Below, piece after piece: positions 11,736 to 26,700 of a stretch of DNA of 64,000 nt (positions within the stretch are counted from its first letter, which is position 1; each line of letters begins with the position of its first letter). A model generated the notes under the pieces. It searched no databases. It was not told the origin of the DNA and saw only the letters and a program-made list of their open reading frames with translations. This DNA is from Amoebophrya sp. A120 (taxonomy: Eukaryota; Protista; Dinoflagellata). The DNA lies in NCBI GenBank assembly GCA_905178155.1, contig CAJINV010000002.1:4893709-4957708 (forward strand), read 5' to 3'. The translations under genes were made by a program, and so were the position numbers.

Positions 11736-14700
11736 TCATTGCCCGCTCCTGGCGTGCTTTCTCTGCTCCCTCGCTTCGTCGGCGGATCTTGACATTGCGG
11801 GAAAGATGAATTTCTCCACAATGGCCGTGTCCGGGCTGTATTTCCTGATCGCCACGAGCCAATCCTGCAGGTTCTGCCCGACCAACCCGACCACCTTCTC
11901 CTTCTTGCCGTTCACGTTACTGCCGACGACGAGAAGAAGCTCCAAAACGTCAAAATCTTCCAACAGCAGGTCCAAACTCGGCAACTTGCTACTTTGATTA
12001 GAGTAGAAATTATCATTGTCCCCGGGGGAGGAGGACGTGACAGCACCAAAAGCTTTTGAATCAACAGACGCCGCAGCCACTCGCGCGGCTTCCTCGTGCG
12101 CCGCGGAGGCGAACAGGCCGGTCGGACTGGAAAACAGCCCGTTTTTCGTGCTGCTCGAGAGACTCTTCATTTTCGTGATCATCTCGGCCTGCTTCTGCAT
12201 TTGCGAATCCCGCTCGTGCGACTCGTTGGTGGTGGAGAAATCGCCGCCCGTGCGCTCCCAGATCTCGTGGTCGGTCTTCAGCCGCTCCCGGCTCGCCTCT
12301 TATTGCAGTGAAAAGTGCCCCCCACCCCTGAAATTGCAAAAATTTGTGATGCGAAGTTTCCCAATGAAAACTTTTTGTCATGCATGAAAGGCGTATGAAT
12401 CTTTCTGATGTAGAGTCTCGTCGTGTTTCGCATCGCTTGCATGACAAGCACCGCTCTTGCTGTGATCTTTTGCAATGCAAATTTTTGCTCTTCACGATCG
12501 GAAATCTGTGATGCCGATACATGCAAGAGTGCGAATGTTTCATTTGGAAAGGTTTGCAATACAAATGCTTTCAAGTTCGGGGGTCGGGGCATTTTTCATT
12601 GTAATACTTCCTCCCGGTGCTTCTCGGCGAACTTGCTCGCACGCATCGCCTTCATCTTATCGGCTGGTGAAGACGTCGACCCTTGCGTATTAGAATCAGC
12701 ACCAGCCAAGTCCTTTTCCGCTTCCTTCTCCTCGGCGAGCTTCTTTCGCCGCATCCTTTCCCGCCGGCTTTTCGCCAGCTCGCGCTGTTTCACCAAACTC
12801 TCCTCGCGCAGCCGGTCCGCCACCTCGTCGCGCCAGATCTCCCGGGCGGTTTTCTGTTCGCCAAGTTTTGTCAGGGCCGCGGCGTTCTTGCTGGACACCT
12901 TGCCCTCGGCGAACAGGTGGGTCGGCAGTTGGGTGATGATCTTTTTCGTGACCAGGAGACTCACGCGCTGGTTGATAGCCGCCTTCTGCTCCTCCGTGAT
13001 TTTCGCCAACTCCTCGATGGTCTCGTCGTCTTCGTCCATATCGTCGAAAGCACCGCGACCGGAGCCTTCCGGACGTTCCTCGAAGTTTGAGAGATCAGAG
13101 GAATCTTCGTCCTTCAATAACTCCTCCACACTTGTAGTTGTTCCTATTTCTTTATTTCCACCACTTCCAAACTGTGACGACGCTATTTCCTGTTTCCCGT
13201 ACTTCAACTTCAGGACGTTTTCCGGCCCCAGCATGTCCTCCAGCGCCAGGTACATGTTTCCGCTGTGAAACTCCTTGTGTTTTTGCCGCACGCTCCACAA
13301 CAACTTCCCGGACCGCTCCCGCATGGTGGTCGCTTTTTTCACCGCCTTCTCCGGCGAGCCCTCCGCGATGGCGCGCACGTACCGCGTGCGGGCGTTGTTT
13401 TCGTACTGGAAATCGATGAAGTCGTCGATGGACTCGTCCGTCATCACCTTGCCCGGTTTCATCTGGAACTCCCGTTTTTTCCGCCGCTGCTCGAACTGCT
13501 GCTGCATCGACAGCGGCGCGTGAACGGGCGCGGAAGAGACCCGGAAGGCGGGCTGGAAGTTTTCCTCTTCTTCAGCATCCTCGTCGTCTTCGTCGAGAAA
13601 CTTTTCCTCGTTCGGATCGACTTGGTCTGGCTCGTCGACCGCAAGAAGATCTTGTGCATTCTCATCCTCCTCAGCCGAGTCTAATAATTCCGCGGACCCT
13701 TGCTGGGTCGTGTCCCTCAGAAGTTCTCGTACTACGGAAGTAGTAGAGCCCTTGCTAGCACTACTTCCCTGCTGCCTTTGTACTTGCTCTGCCGCGGAAC
13801 CACGGGCTACTCCAACTCCTCCTGCTGCGCGAGGATATAATCTCTGTGCACCTGTACTACTAGAAGCACCTCCAGGTTTCGTATTTCTCGCCGTCTGTTC
13901 CTCTACCACATCCCGAACGAGGACGGAGGATTTCAGAGATTGCTTCGTCTGGTCCACAAGAGCTCCCCCTGCAGTAGAACTTCGACCCCGCTGTGTCGTA
14001 GTACCCAGCGACGTTTTTGACCCACTTTCTCTGCCACTCACCACAGAAGGCGTGGTTTCGCGAATACTCGACGCGGGCCGGTCGCCCTGGTGGGGCTTCA
14101 TGCCCTTCTTGTGCTTGGCGCGCGTGCCCCGGATGTTGTTACGGATATTGTTATTGCCCTCCTCCGGCACCTCCATCAGATCCATGTCAGATTCGTTTGA
14201 GGAGTTGCCGTTGTGGAGGTCCGACATGAAGTAGAACGGCTTCTCGTTTTTCGTGAATTCCTCCTCCACGTCCGAGTCCGCGAGACAGGAGGCCAGTTCG
14301 AGCTCGTCGTGGTCTACCACTTCTAGTTGTAGCTCTGAGGTCGTGACAAAGTCGAGGTTTCGTTGTTCTTCTTGTTGTGTAGCAGATTCAAAATGATCTC
14401 CGGTCGTAGACGAGAAGAACCGGAATTGATGCGGAACTTCCGTCGACGAGGACGAGGTCTGCTCATTTACAACTCCTGCGTTCATCAACACTCTTCCGCT
14501 TGTTCTTCCAGTTGTCTTATCATTATGGTCATACTCGTGGTTGTGCTGCACCATGCGGAATTCACCGACCGACTCGTCTGTCAAAACAGCGGAGTCTTCG
14601 TGCAAGAAAGCGCCGTCTGCGTCGATTGCAGTATCCTCCACAAAAACAGCATCGTTTTCATCGAAATACGTCCCAAGGTGAATTTCCTGTTCCTCTACCT

Positions 14701-17700
14701 CCTCAGAGTCAGATGACCCCACCGGTTGTTCGTGAAAATAAGCCAAGTCCTGTTCAAGTTGCAGACTATCCACACTGTTGGTGTCATCTTCTGGATAGAA
14801 CATGCTCCCCAGCAGTTCCGCGCCTTTGCTTTCCCTCTCGAAAGAGCTATTACCACCTGCGGCTAGATTTTTCCCTGCTCCACGCGAGGTCGTGGTGCCA
14901 CTTGCAGCTTCCGCATTGTTCCCACCCGCCGGACTCGACATCTGCGAAGAAGATGAGTTTTCTTTTCCAACGAAAACTTTCTTCATCGCGGTGTTGATGG
15001 ACTGCAATAATTGCACTTCCTTCTTCCTCTCGTTCACCCCCACCGTCAGGACGCACCCGCGGCTCGCGTGCAACACCGCGCGGACCAACTGCGTGCGGCC
15101 CCGGTTCCTCGCCGCGATCTTCAAATTGCGCCAGGTCAGCTTCGCGCCCAAATGGGTGTTGGACGGCAGCTTCTCGAGGACAGAAGCCGGGAACTGGGAA
15201 GTAGATATCACGTGCAAATATGCCTGGGTCTGGAAGCTTGCAAACAGGTTCAACATGACACATGAGGTCTGGAATGCAGGATCTAGCATCACAGATTCTG
15301 TGAGATCTGTATCATGCCTATCCTGCATGAGAAACTCACTCCCAAGGTGGTCAAAAATGGACCGCTGTTGGCAATCATGCAACACAAATTTTTGCATGAT
15401 CCAGATCTAGCATGACAAGCTACATCCTTCCAGACCCAGACATATTTGCAATGCATAGTAGAACCGTAAGAACTACCCGCGTCTTTGTTCAGCGTCGAAC
15501 CGGGACTGGAATTCTGCTTGTCGTCTGGATTGTTCTCTCTACTGCTCATCCTCACACTGATTCCAGTTGTTCCATCGACGTCCAAACCGCCGGACGTAGT
15601 TGCAGATGTAGTCGCAGCGTTCGCCACCGCAACCGGTTTGCCGGTCAAAAAGCAGGCGAGCTTCTCCACGTCGAATTTCAGGGACAAATACACGTCCTTT
15701 GACAGCTGCAAACTGTTGTACAGATGTGACCGGTCCCCCAGCTTTGTCATGCTATTCGCCAGCTCCTGCAGATTCATGATTTTCGCACTCGACGCAATGC
15801 TGTTGTCGAACAGGAAAGCCCGTTTTTCGCTGATCTGCTGCAAAAACTGCGCTTGTTTCTCCTCGACCAAGAGCTTGACCGCGTCTTTCGCGGAGGCAGA
15901 ACTGGTCCCGGTTGCAGCCGCCGCGGTGGTCGCGGTGGTCGTGCTGTTCCCGATGATGTTTCCCCCGACCGTCAGCCCAGCGATTTCCTCGAACTGGGGG
16001 CACATTTTCGTGGACAAAAAGATCTCGAAGGACACGTCCTCGTGCGAAAACTCGACGGACAGCTTCGCGTTCATGCACTTCCCGTGGTACCCGCCGTAGC
16101 TGCACGCCTTTTGGTTCGCCATCGTGCGGTTCGACCCGTACCCCCCGAGCAGCGGGGTTTGGAAAACCTTCCCCTCACTCGTTAAAATGATGACGAGAAG
16201 GTCCAGCTTGTTGTTCTTTTTCGTGGAGGAATTGAAGATCGGGAGCAGAACCGGGAGGATCAAGGACGAAATCTCGTAAATATCCATTTCCACCTTCATC
16301 AAACCCGGCTTTTTGGGTTCTTCTCTGTAGTACCTCGCAGCTGCAGAACTGGTTTGGAGGTTCTTGGTGAAAGAATTGTTGTTTGATGTCATCTGCTGTT
16401 GCTGTTGTACAACAACTATCGGCTTCAACCCCAGAATCAAGTGGCTCAAGTTCTTTCCCGCGACGGATTTTTCGTTCTCCTGGTCCGGCGTACTCTGGCC
16501 CGGAACAACAGCTTTTGATGCGCCCGCTGCATTTTTTTGTGCGGATGAAGATAGTACTCCGGACTTGCTCACATTGCCGCCTGGCGTCGTCGACGCTGTC
16601 GTGTTCTTGCTGTTGTAATTCGTTTGTGCAATAGCTTTGTCCTGGATGAAATCGGCGGGTGCGCCGAAGAGAATTTTGTTCCAGCTGGTGTGGTCGTCAT
16701 TCGCCACGTCCACCAGGGACCGGATCAGGTTCCACAACCGGCTCCCGCGCCTCAATTTCCGCACCACCTCGATCCGGCGAATGTCCTTCAAGAAGATGTC
16801 TTTCGTGCAAGTTACCGGCACCTCGGCCCCGTAGTCCCGGATCTCCCCGGAGTAAATCTGCAGGACCAGCTCCTTGTGGTGCAGCGACAAAGATTTTTCG
16901 ACCAGTTCGAAGTACCTTCGGTTGTTCGTTTTCCCTTCGCGGTCGGAGTTGGCGGCGATCCGCGTGGTGCAGTCATTGGGGATTTCCGGAATCGACATGG
17001 ACGCCAGCTGTTTGTTCGACTGGTTGCTGTCGTGTTTGTCCTCTTGGCCTTGTCGTTGTTTCTTTTGCAGAAGCTGACCAGAAGCTGTTGCGGTGGTGCC
17101 AGTAGCACCCACCGCGGCGCCTTCATTTTCGATCAAATGAGTCGCCGCTTCCTGGCGACAGAGTTTCATCTTCTCGGCGAATTTTTCCCGGAGAATTTTC
17201 TCCGACAACTATCAAAATGAAAAATCCCCCCTCCCCATATCAAACCGGAAATTTGTGATGCTGATTTGTGGCCGCAAATCAGCTCTGTATTGCAGAGAGG
17301 CACTGCGGCCAGATCCCCAGGCTAGGTAGGGGCGTATGGGTCTAGTTCAGCATGGCAAACGGCCCCCCTTTAGGCCCAACAGCATGACAAATCGCTTCCA
17401 TAATTATGGGGCGGACGCTTCTGCCCTTGTCTTCTTGCAAGACAGATGCGATTTGTGACCTCAAATCCGCAACACAAATTTTTGCAAACATACCTTTTCA
17501 ATATGGGGAGGGGGGGTTTTTCTTCTCAATAACAACTCAAACCGCGCCATCGTGGTCAGAAAATCGTCGTCGTTGAAGTTCCCCTGGGCGGAATCGGAAG
17601 CGGCTTTGTTGTAGTTCAGATACTGGTATCAAATGTAAAAGTGTCTGGGTCTGGAAACTTGTGATGCTGTGTGGCGTATCATGAGGAGGCGACAATTGCT

Positions 17701-20700
17701 GGCTCAGCATGACAAGTTTCTGAGCTTCTAGGTGTTGCCTATTCTGCATGACAAACTACGTTTCTGCATGACAGAAAAGTATGGCTCTTTGGTAATGTGC
17801 ATGACAGATTTAAGAGTCATGCCAGACAAGCATGACAAACTTGCACTCTTCCAGAACCAGACATTTTTACATTTGATAACTGGTGCGTGTAGCTGTGGTA
17901 GAACGCGGGCGGGAAGGTGATTGTTGTGGTCTATTACAATGAAAAATACCCCCACCCCCGAACTTGAAAGCATTTGTATTGCAAACCTTTCCAAATGAAA
18001 CACTCGCCCTCTTGCATCTATCAGCATCACAGGTTTTCAATCGTGAATAGCAAAAATTTGTATTGCAAAAGACCCCAGCAAGAGCGGCACTTGCCATGCA
18101 AGCTATGCGATACACGCCTACATTCTGCATCAGAAAGATTCATACTCCTTTCATGCATGACAAAAAGTTTTCATTTGGAAACTTCGCATCACAAATTTTT
18201 GCAATTTAGGGGTGGGGGGCACTTTTCACTGCAATATGGTCATGGCCGCGTCGAGTACTGGCGCAGAAGTTGTTGTACAACTTCTGTCGTCCACCGGCGA
18301 AGTAGATAACGCGCCGGTCAATGACACAGCGTTCGTCATGCTGTTCATCCGGCGGCTTTCCCGCAAATCCTCCATCGCATTCTCGTACGCCTCGCGGGAC
18401 TCGTAGTAGGAAGACCCGCGCTTCTGCATGATTTTGTCCGATACGTTTCGGGTCTCGTACTTGTCCGGAAGGATCTGCGGGGAATACTTCTTGTTTGACG
18501 TCAACGTCGTCCCATTTTTCACCACACTTGCGGCCATCTCGCGGAGAATCAGTTCCTCCGCGGAACCGAAGAACCCGACGTTCGATCCCTTGATGTAATC
18601 TTTCGTGCGGGTGTTGAAGTGCCGGCGGAAAAACCGGGAGTGATGCGATTGGTTCACCGACTCGGATTCCGCGTTCAGCAGAGCGGAGGCTCGAGATGTT
18701 GACTGTTGCCCAGACTTAGTACCAGATGAACTGTTGTCACGACCAGCCTTGTAGTTGTCCGCATTTCCCGCACCACTCGCATTTCCCGCCCCACCGCCGC
18801 TCACATTGCTCCCCGCGATGATCGCTTTCTTTCCTGACAGATGGACCGGCAACAGGGATCGCAGCCACTTCGCTTCTTCAAACAGGTACGGATCGAAATC
18901 GTATTCGTCGGCGATAAAGCTCTTCGCCTGCTCCAGTAAAGCAGCCGTGGTGACGATCTTGTTGTGCGTCACGCCCAACGTTGCGAGCGTCGGCGCCGCA
19001 GCGGCGGCAGAAGCGCCGCCGGGTTTATTCATGCCAGATTCGTTGTTCGTCCCCTTGCTATCGCGACCGTGTAAGGATGATCCACCTTCTGCGGAAGTTG
19101 TATACTTTTTCCCATGCGCAAATTGCGTCGTTTTGTCCGCGTGATGAACCAAGTCCATCGCCCGTCGTGCGTATCAAATGCAAAAATGTCTGGGTCTGGA
19201 ATTATGCGCGATTTGTCATGCTGCTTTTCCATGACCCATGAGGTCTGGAATGCAGGACCTAGCATGACACATTCTGCGAGACCTTTCTAATGCCTATCCT
19301 GCATGAGAAACTACCTCCCAACTTGGTCAAAACTGGACGACTTTTGGTAATCACGCAGCACAGATTTTTGCATGCTGCAGATTTAGCATGACAAGTTGCA
19401 ATCTTCCAGACCCAGACATTTTTACGTTTGATAGTGCGTGTAAGTACGCAAATTCCAACAGAGGCTGTACCATGTCCGTCAGTTCCGCCCACTGCGTGTG
19501 GTATGGAGGCGTCAGGATTAAAATCGACAAAGTTGAAATGATTTGCCATGCATAAAATGCAAGGCATGAAGCGCCTGTCTTGCCGGGATGGCAAGTGAGG
19601 CCGACTGTCAGCCTGTTTAGGGTTTGAAATAGAGCTGCTAAAGTAGCACGACAAAAGTAGTCGCTTGTGCCCAAACAGCATGGCAAATTGGATTCCGGTG
19701 CTCGGAAAATTTGTCATGCACCGCTTGGAAATTGGGCTTCCGACTGGTATCTGTTTTATGCATCACAAATTATTTCAACTCTGACGATTTCAATCCTGAC
19801 GCTTCCATATGTGGTTGCGCTGGAATAACCGCCCCGCGAACAAAATCTTCACGTTTTCCTTGTCCCGGAGCGGCTGGCTGATTTCCGGAAATAGTTTCTG
19901 CATCGGGTTGATGATCATGTTTTGCTGCAGTTTTCCGTCAGTCAAGCTGGAGGAAGCCCCAATTGCGAAGATTTCCTTATTGATGGTTGACACATTTTTC
20001 GCGGAGCCGACGACGGTGAACCGGGACTTCGCCAGGTTTGCGTGCGCGATGGACAACTTATTCGAAAAAGCGGAGTCTAAGTTCACCACTTCCACTGGCC
20101 TGCGCACCTTCTGCCCCGTGGCGCCGAGAAGAGTATCGGATACGACTTCCACCTTCGGCCTGTCTAGAGAAATTTCCATTTGCTGGGCGGAGTTGTCGGA
20201 TTTCACGTTGGAAGTTGACATGACCGGATCCCGCAACTCCGACCACTTCTCCATCCTTTTGTCCACGTTGACTTCCAAAGCGTCCTGCGCCTGCAGTAGC
20301 CCGTGTTGATCTCCGACAAAGTAGTCGCTGAGCTGTTGCGACTTGCTGTTGTTTTGACCCGCCAGCTGCAGAATTTTGTCCTGCTGCTTTTTTCGCTGCA
20401 GTCGGAGATTTTCCGGGAGGTACGGAATCAGGTTACTCCCGTCGGGCTTCGCGTTCACGTTCGTGTCCGACCGGAGACCGTTCAACGTGGCGGTGAGCTT
20501 CGCAATGTAGGAATTCTGCTGCGCTTCTTGTTCTGGGGTGAGAGGATTTTTATCAGCTTGGCCAGCGGATTCATCTTGGCCACCGATCTGGTGAAGATCC
20601 TGATCTCTTCCTAACGGAGCGAAAAAGTCGTAATCGCTTGTGGAGAATCTGTCCGTGTAAAAGCTGAAAGGAATGCCGTAAATCAGCGCCAGCCGGTCCG

Positions 20701-23700
20701 CCCACTGCTTGAAACCCCCGTGCCTCCGCTCCGCAGTAAGGATAAAGCCCGGCACGATCTTCCGCGAAGAACCGGCCTCGCCGCTAGACACCGACACGTA
20801 GAAGACCGCCCCCTGGTTGGGATTCTTCAGGAAGATCGCCTGCTCGATGTAGCCCCACCGGAAGAGGTAGAGCTCCCGGGCGTGCTCGAGGTATCAAAAT
20901 GAAAAATCCCCCCTCCCCATATCAAAACGAAATTTCTGATGCTGGATTTGAGTACACAAATCAGCTTTGTATTGCAGGAAAGCATTGCTGCCGGGTCCCC
21001 AGGCTAGGTAGGGGCGTATGCGTCTAGTTGTTCAGCATGGCAAGCGGCTCCCCTTTAGGCCCAGCAGCATGACAAATCGCTTCCATAATGGGGCGGAAGC
21101 TTCTGCCCTTGCCTTATTGCAAAACAGATGTGATTTGTGACCTCAAATCAGCAACACAAATTTTCGGAAACATGCCTTCTCAATATGGGGCGGGGGGATT
21201 TTTCCTCTCAATACGAGGAACTTCTTCTGCATGGCTTCGTCAATCTCCGACACATTGTCCTTCTGCAAATGCGTTTTCCCGTCCGTTCTGTTATCAAATG
21301 TAAAAATGTCTGGGTCTGGAAACTTGTGATGCTGGGTGGCGTCTCATCATGAGGCCACAAATGCTGGCTCAGCATGACAAGTTTCTGAGCTTCTAGGTGT
21401 TGCCTATTCTGCATGACAAACTGCGTTCCTGCATCATAGAAAAACTGAGCTCTTGAATAACGTGCATGACAGATTTAAGAGTCATGCCAGACAAGCATGA
21501 CAAACATGCATTCTTCCAGACCCAGACATTTTTACATTTGATATCTGTCTTTATTAGACGATACATTCCGGTCATGCGCGTCGAGACCCGAGAGCGACGA
21601 CCGCGGTAAAGACTGCAGGTTTTTTGCACTGATCTCTACTTGCGATGAAACAAACAATCCGTTCTTGACATTGCTTTGCTCGTCGGAAGTCAAAACGGAG
21701 CTGGAGTCCGAATTGTTTCCTGCGTTGTGCTGCGAGGATTCCAGCATAAACATCTTGTGCAACCCCTCGGAGAGACTGGGAACGACACCACCAACACCGC
21801 CTGCCGATCCAGCACTCACTCTGGTGTACTGAGTAAGTTGTGCTGGTTGCGCCGCCGGTTGAGGATAATTTTGGTTTTGCTTATTCCGGTTCTTGAACGC
21901 TTCACTGCGGTTGATTTTCAAATTCTTCCCGCCCAGTCGCGGACTCGGCGGCGGCGTATCGAACTTCTTCCGCACAAACAGCCTCTTCTCCACCGCGGCC
22001 ACTCCAGGACTGTTCCGCAGTTGCTCCAAGAGTTCTTGGTTCTTCGAACTTCTACCGGCACTGCTACTGCTTTGCCGTCGGTCGCGGCCATTATTCTCCT
22101 CTAAATTCGCCAATCCGAGACTCAAAACCGCGTCCGTCGCGTTGTTTTTCTTGTGGAGGTCTTGCAAGTCGTGGGCGGTGAGGCCGTTCGGCTGTTCTTC
22201 CAGGGTGAGAATCGTGTTCAAAGCCAAAAGCATGTCGTCTTCATTCTCCTTGGTTTTCGCCTGCTCGAACACGGATGCGTTGTTGCTTCCTCTGGAGTTG
22301 TACGAAACCCGCTCATCACCTCTATTTCTTCCAGATGCTCTGTCCGCCGGTGCACCCGCCTCCGCCGCACTTCCCCTCGCATTTCCAGTTGTGGTCACTG
22401 TCGCCGCATTGCGGACGAACTGGTCCGACAGGGGGGTGTCGGGCGGACGGTGCAACGTCTGACTTTCCTCGCCGACGTGCGCGCCTAATCCGTCGTGGTC
22501 GAAACCTGATCCAGATTGGTTGAAAATGGCCACATTATCGTTGTTGAGAACAAAACCATCTTCTGCCTGATTTTCATTTCTCCCCACGACCTCTGCCTGA
22601 AACAGCGACCTCCCCCGGACCCGCAAATTAACGTTGCCCTGCACCTTCCCGTGCTCAAATGCCTCCTGTGACTTGTACCACAACAGCCCCATCGACGGGT
22701 GCAACACGCAATACTTCCGCCCTTCCTCCGCATACAGTGGGAGGCGAATCCGGAGATACCCTCGGAGAACCGCCGGATCACGGGAGGAGGCGTTGGTCGA
22801 CGCGGACATGGAACCGCCGGACATGAGAGAGTCGCTGGAGTTCAACTTGTTCGGGGTCACCATGCGGAAAAACGCATGGGCCAACTTGAAGGAGGACAAC
22901 CAGTTTTTGAATGTCTTCTCCCGGTTTTGCTGGTTCCTTTTCAAAAACTCCAGCTCCACCTTACGGGCGGAAAGAAAATACAGGTCTTCCGACTTCATGA
23001 TCCTATTGGGATTGTCTATTTTGGAAGTTGCTGGTGACACTGCTGCTGTGTTCGTTGTTGTGCTGTGCACGCCCTCAAGCAGAGGGTTGCTACCCCTTTC
23101 CAGCTCAAATTCTTGCATTAATTCCTTCCCCGAACCCGTCCGCGCAACAATTTCCTCCTCGTCCTCTGAACTACTGCTGCTGCTTTCGCTGTCACTCGAA
23201 GACGGAATGCCGATTTCCGGCATGGTTTGTGCCTGCAGGGTCTTCTTGATGTCGTCCAGCTTCGGCACTTTGAAGTACAGCCGGTGCGGCGGCTCCAGGG
23301 GATTCCGCGGGTCCACGGTTCTGAGACAAAAGCAGTTCTCCCAGTTTTCCTGGCGAAGCTCCACGTCGAGACAGTCCATCTGGACCCGAGGGTTGGTTCT
23401 TGTAGGTTTTTTCGTCCCCACCGTCTCGGCGAAAATAGAACGGAGATTGAGCAGCTGCGGAGGTGCGCCCGATTTATCTTTGCCGTAGTTGCCCGGTAGC
23501 TGTTGAGGATCTCGGAACATTTTAGAACTTCCAGCAGCTCTTTTCGACCTTCTCCCACCGGAAGACGAAAAAGTTCGCCGACTGTCGGAACGCACACTTG
23601 CGCCGCTTTTGCTGGCTCGGGGATCAGTTGTTTTCAGCTCGCCATCGTACTTCCGGTAGAACTTTTTGCGCAACTTCTCCAGCTCGAAGTCCCGCGTCGA

Positions 23701-26700
23701 TTTCACGAACCCCAAACCCTGCGAAAACGCGATCGGAAAAGCTGAAGTAGAGTTTTCATTTTCATCTTCCTCCACGTCAACATCTGAGTCATCCTCCGAC
23801 AGGGTTTCGTCCGAATCGAAGTCGCTCGCAATTTCCCCGTTCTCGTGCTGCATGTTCCGCAAAATGCCCGCTTTCAAATTGAAAACCTTCTCCCGGAAAT
23901 CGTGGTCGTACCGCTGGGCGAACAGTTTTTGCACGTTTTGGGATTCCATGCCAAGCAGTTGCTGTCCGCGTTGAAGGGTCCGAATCTGGTCCTGGAAGGA
24001 CGAGGTGGTGGCTTCTTCACTGTTAACATTCATTTCGAGGCCGCTCATAGTTGTACCACTTCCATCGAGAGGACCACCTCCCGGTGGTGGATTCAACTTC
24101 TCTAGTACTTCTTCCGCCTCCGGGTTCTCGAACTGGGATTCCAAACTCGGCATCAGCGCGTTCACGAAGGACTTTCTGCGAAACAAATACGAAAAGTCCG
24201 ACAGTTCCTCTGTCTCCTATGCTGAGCAAAAACGTCCCCACCCCAGAGTCAAGTTGAGAACTCAGCAATACAAGTCCAGGAGTTTGGGGCTGACGCATGG
24301 CAAGTTTTTCTCTGTATTCTACTACAGGGTAGCAAGCACAGCCGTATCACCAAGACAAAGCCATTCTCCTATCCTGCTTACAGCATTACAAATTCCAAAA
24401 CACGACTGGAAATAACTGTCGTGGGAGTGCGCATTTTAAATGTTGCTGCAATTGCAAATCTGCATGACAACTCTGGTATGGGGACGTTTCTGCTCAGGAT
24501 ATCTCCAGCTGCCGGGCGATCTTCTGCACGCCGTGAACCAACCGACTGGCCATGGTTCGCGTCAGGTACTTGGACAACCCCGAATCCAACAGGTTCCGCC
24601 ACAAGACCCCGTCAAATTCCTGCGCATTGTAGAAAAACGCGTCCTCGGTTTGTTTCGCGAAAACCGACCCGTAGCGGGAGGGACAGGCGTGGAGGCCAGA
24701 ATCCACGATGATCTTGAAGAACAATTCCTGCAGATACGCGTCCTGCGACCAGAGCGAGCAGAGCTTCCGGACCTCCGGTAACGGCGCGAACCAGATCTTT
24801 TCCGCGCCGGAAGTCGGGTCGTAGTCCAGCCAGCGGTACTCGGCGAAAAATCGCTCGGTGTCTTCCGTCGGCAGAGTCACTTGCGCCTGAGAACGCCGCG
24901 GAATCAAGTATTTGGAGTTTTGCTTCTTTGCTCTAGAAAAATTTTGCTGTAGTCCTCGTCCTCCAGTGCTGCTCGAGGACGACAAAATCTGTTGCCTCCT
25001 AGAAGTACCACCGACGTGTTTGTTGTGGAAAAACTGCGCTTTCGCTTTCGACATCAGAAACGCGAACTTCCGCCTGGCGGCCGCGAGCACCCGTCCTCCA
25101 GTGTACGACTTCGGCAAGTGGTGCTGGGTCGAATGCAACACCAACGCGCTGCGCAGACGCTTCCGGACCGTTTGGTCGATTTTCCGGTGGTGGTGCATGT
25201 GGGTGGCGAAGAGGCTATTGGTCGAATTGTCAAAAGTTTCGACCGATTTCCGGACAAAATCCCCAATCTTCTCCAGCTTCTTGGATCCGAAGTTGTGCTG
25301 CTCCGCGAAACCGGCCAGTCTCTGCTGGTCAGGGATCCTGTGGACCACTCCATCGGCGTGCAGGTCGCCCGCGCCCACCGTGCCCTCGGTGATAACCGCC
25401 TGAATCGTCGCTTGCTTTTTGTTCTGGAGAGACTTATAATTCGGTGCAGAACTTGACGTTGTTCCATCTTGACCGTGTTGCTGATCCGCCAAAGTGGAGT
25501 TGCCGCTCAGAAAGTGCTTCCCGAGCTGCAGATGGGACAGCAGCCGCAAACTCGAGGGGGACAGCTTCCCCTTGAGCAATAGCGCGAGCTTCTCATCCCA
25601 CTGCAAAACTTCCTCGATCAAAGTTCGCATCGGGAGCAATTTTGACAGTACTGCAGAAGATGTAGTTTCCCCGCCGACAACTTTCTTGCTGTTTTGGTTT
25701 TCTGTGTTTGAGCTCCTCGCCTTTTCCTCTCTACTACGCTCCAAAGACAGTAACTCCCGCAAAGGTTGTAAATCGATCTCCCCGCGAAACACCCGCCTTT
25801 CAAACGCCTCGTGGATTTTCTGTTTCATCCACCTGCACCGCTTTTCCATTTTTGTCGCGTTCACCTCCCGGATCGACAGAATGTCGCACATGCGGTACCT
25901 GGCAATGGGCATCTTCTTTGTGCTGTCCGCGTACATCGTGAGCCCGTGGGAATCCAGCACGTAGAAATTCAATTCGGTCCGATTCAGGTTTGTCAAATAA
26001 CCAGAGAACAGGGTTGTGAACTTCTTAATCTTCTCCGCCAAGGCCCGCATCTCCGCACCGGCCAGCATCGCCTGGACCTTGAAGTTCCGGAGGATTAGCC
26101 GGTCCGTGAATTTGTCCGTGGCTTGCTCGATTTTCACCCCAAACGTTTTAAACACCCTCAACCAATGCGTCAAATCCCGAATGATCTTCGCATTCTGAAA
26201 AATGTGCAGCAACGCGTTTTGCGCGAAGGCCGGGCTGTTGCTGTCGTTCACGTGGCTGTTTCTGATGTTGTTTTTCACTCCGAATCCTGTGTGCACGTGC
26301 GACGTGTCCTTCTTCATCCCCCCGTGCCGCGGTTTGTGCGCGTTGACGTGCGACCAGTCGAAGTTGAGAACCTCGATTTGGAAATCGGGGTTCTTCCTGG
26401 GGTCGTACGTAATCCGCTTGGAGCTCATGTCCGCGTCCCAGGGGTTGAGACAGAGGTTGGGCAACACGGAGAGAACGAGACGGTGCCGCCGGTTATTGTC
26501 CTCAACAACTTCGGGATAATTTTTTTTGGCTTGTTCATCCTCTTCTTGTTGAACCTCCAACACAGCGGCTTGTTCTTCCTCGAGAACATCCAAAACATCA
26601 TTCTCATCATCTACTTCTGCATTGATGTTTTCATCCTCTGCATAATTTTCCATTCCTGCAACAAGCTCCCCATCATTGTTTTCCTCGTAGAACATCAAAT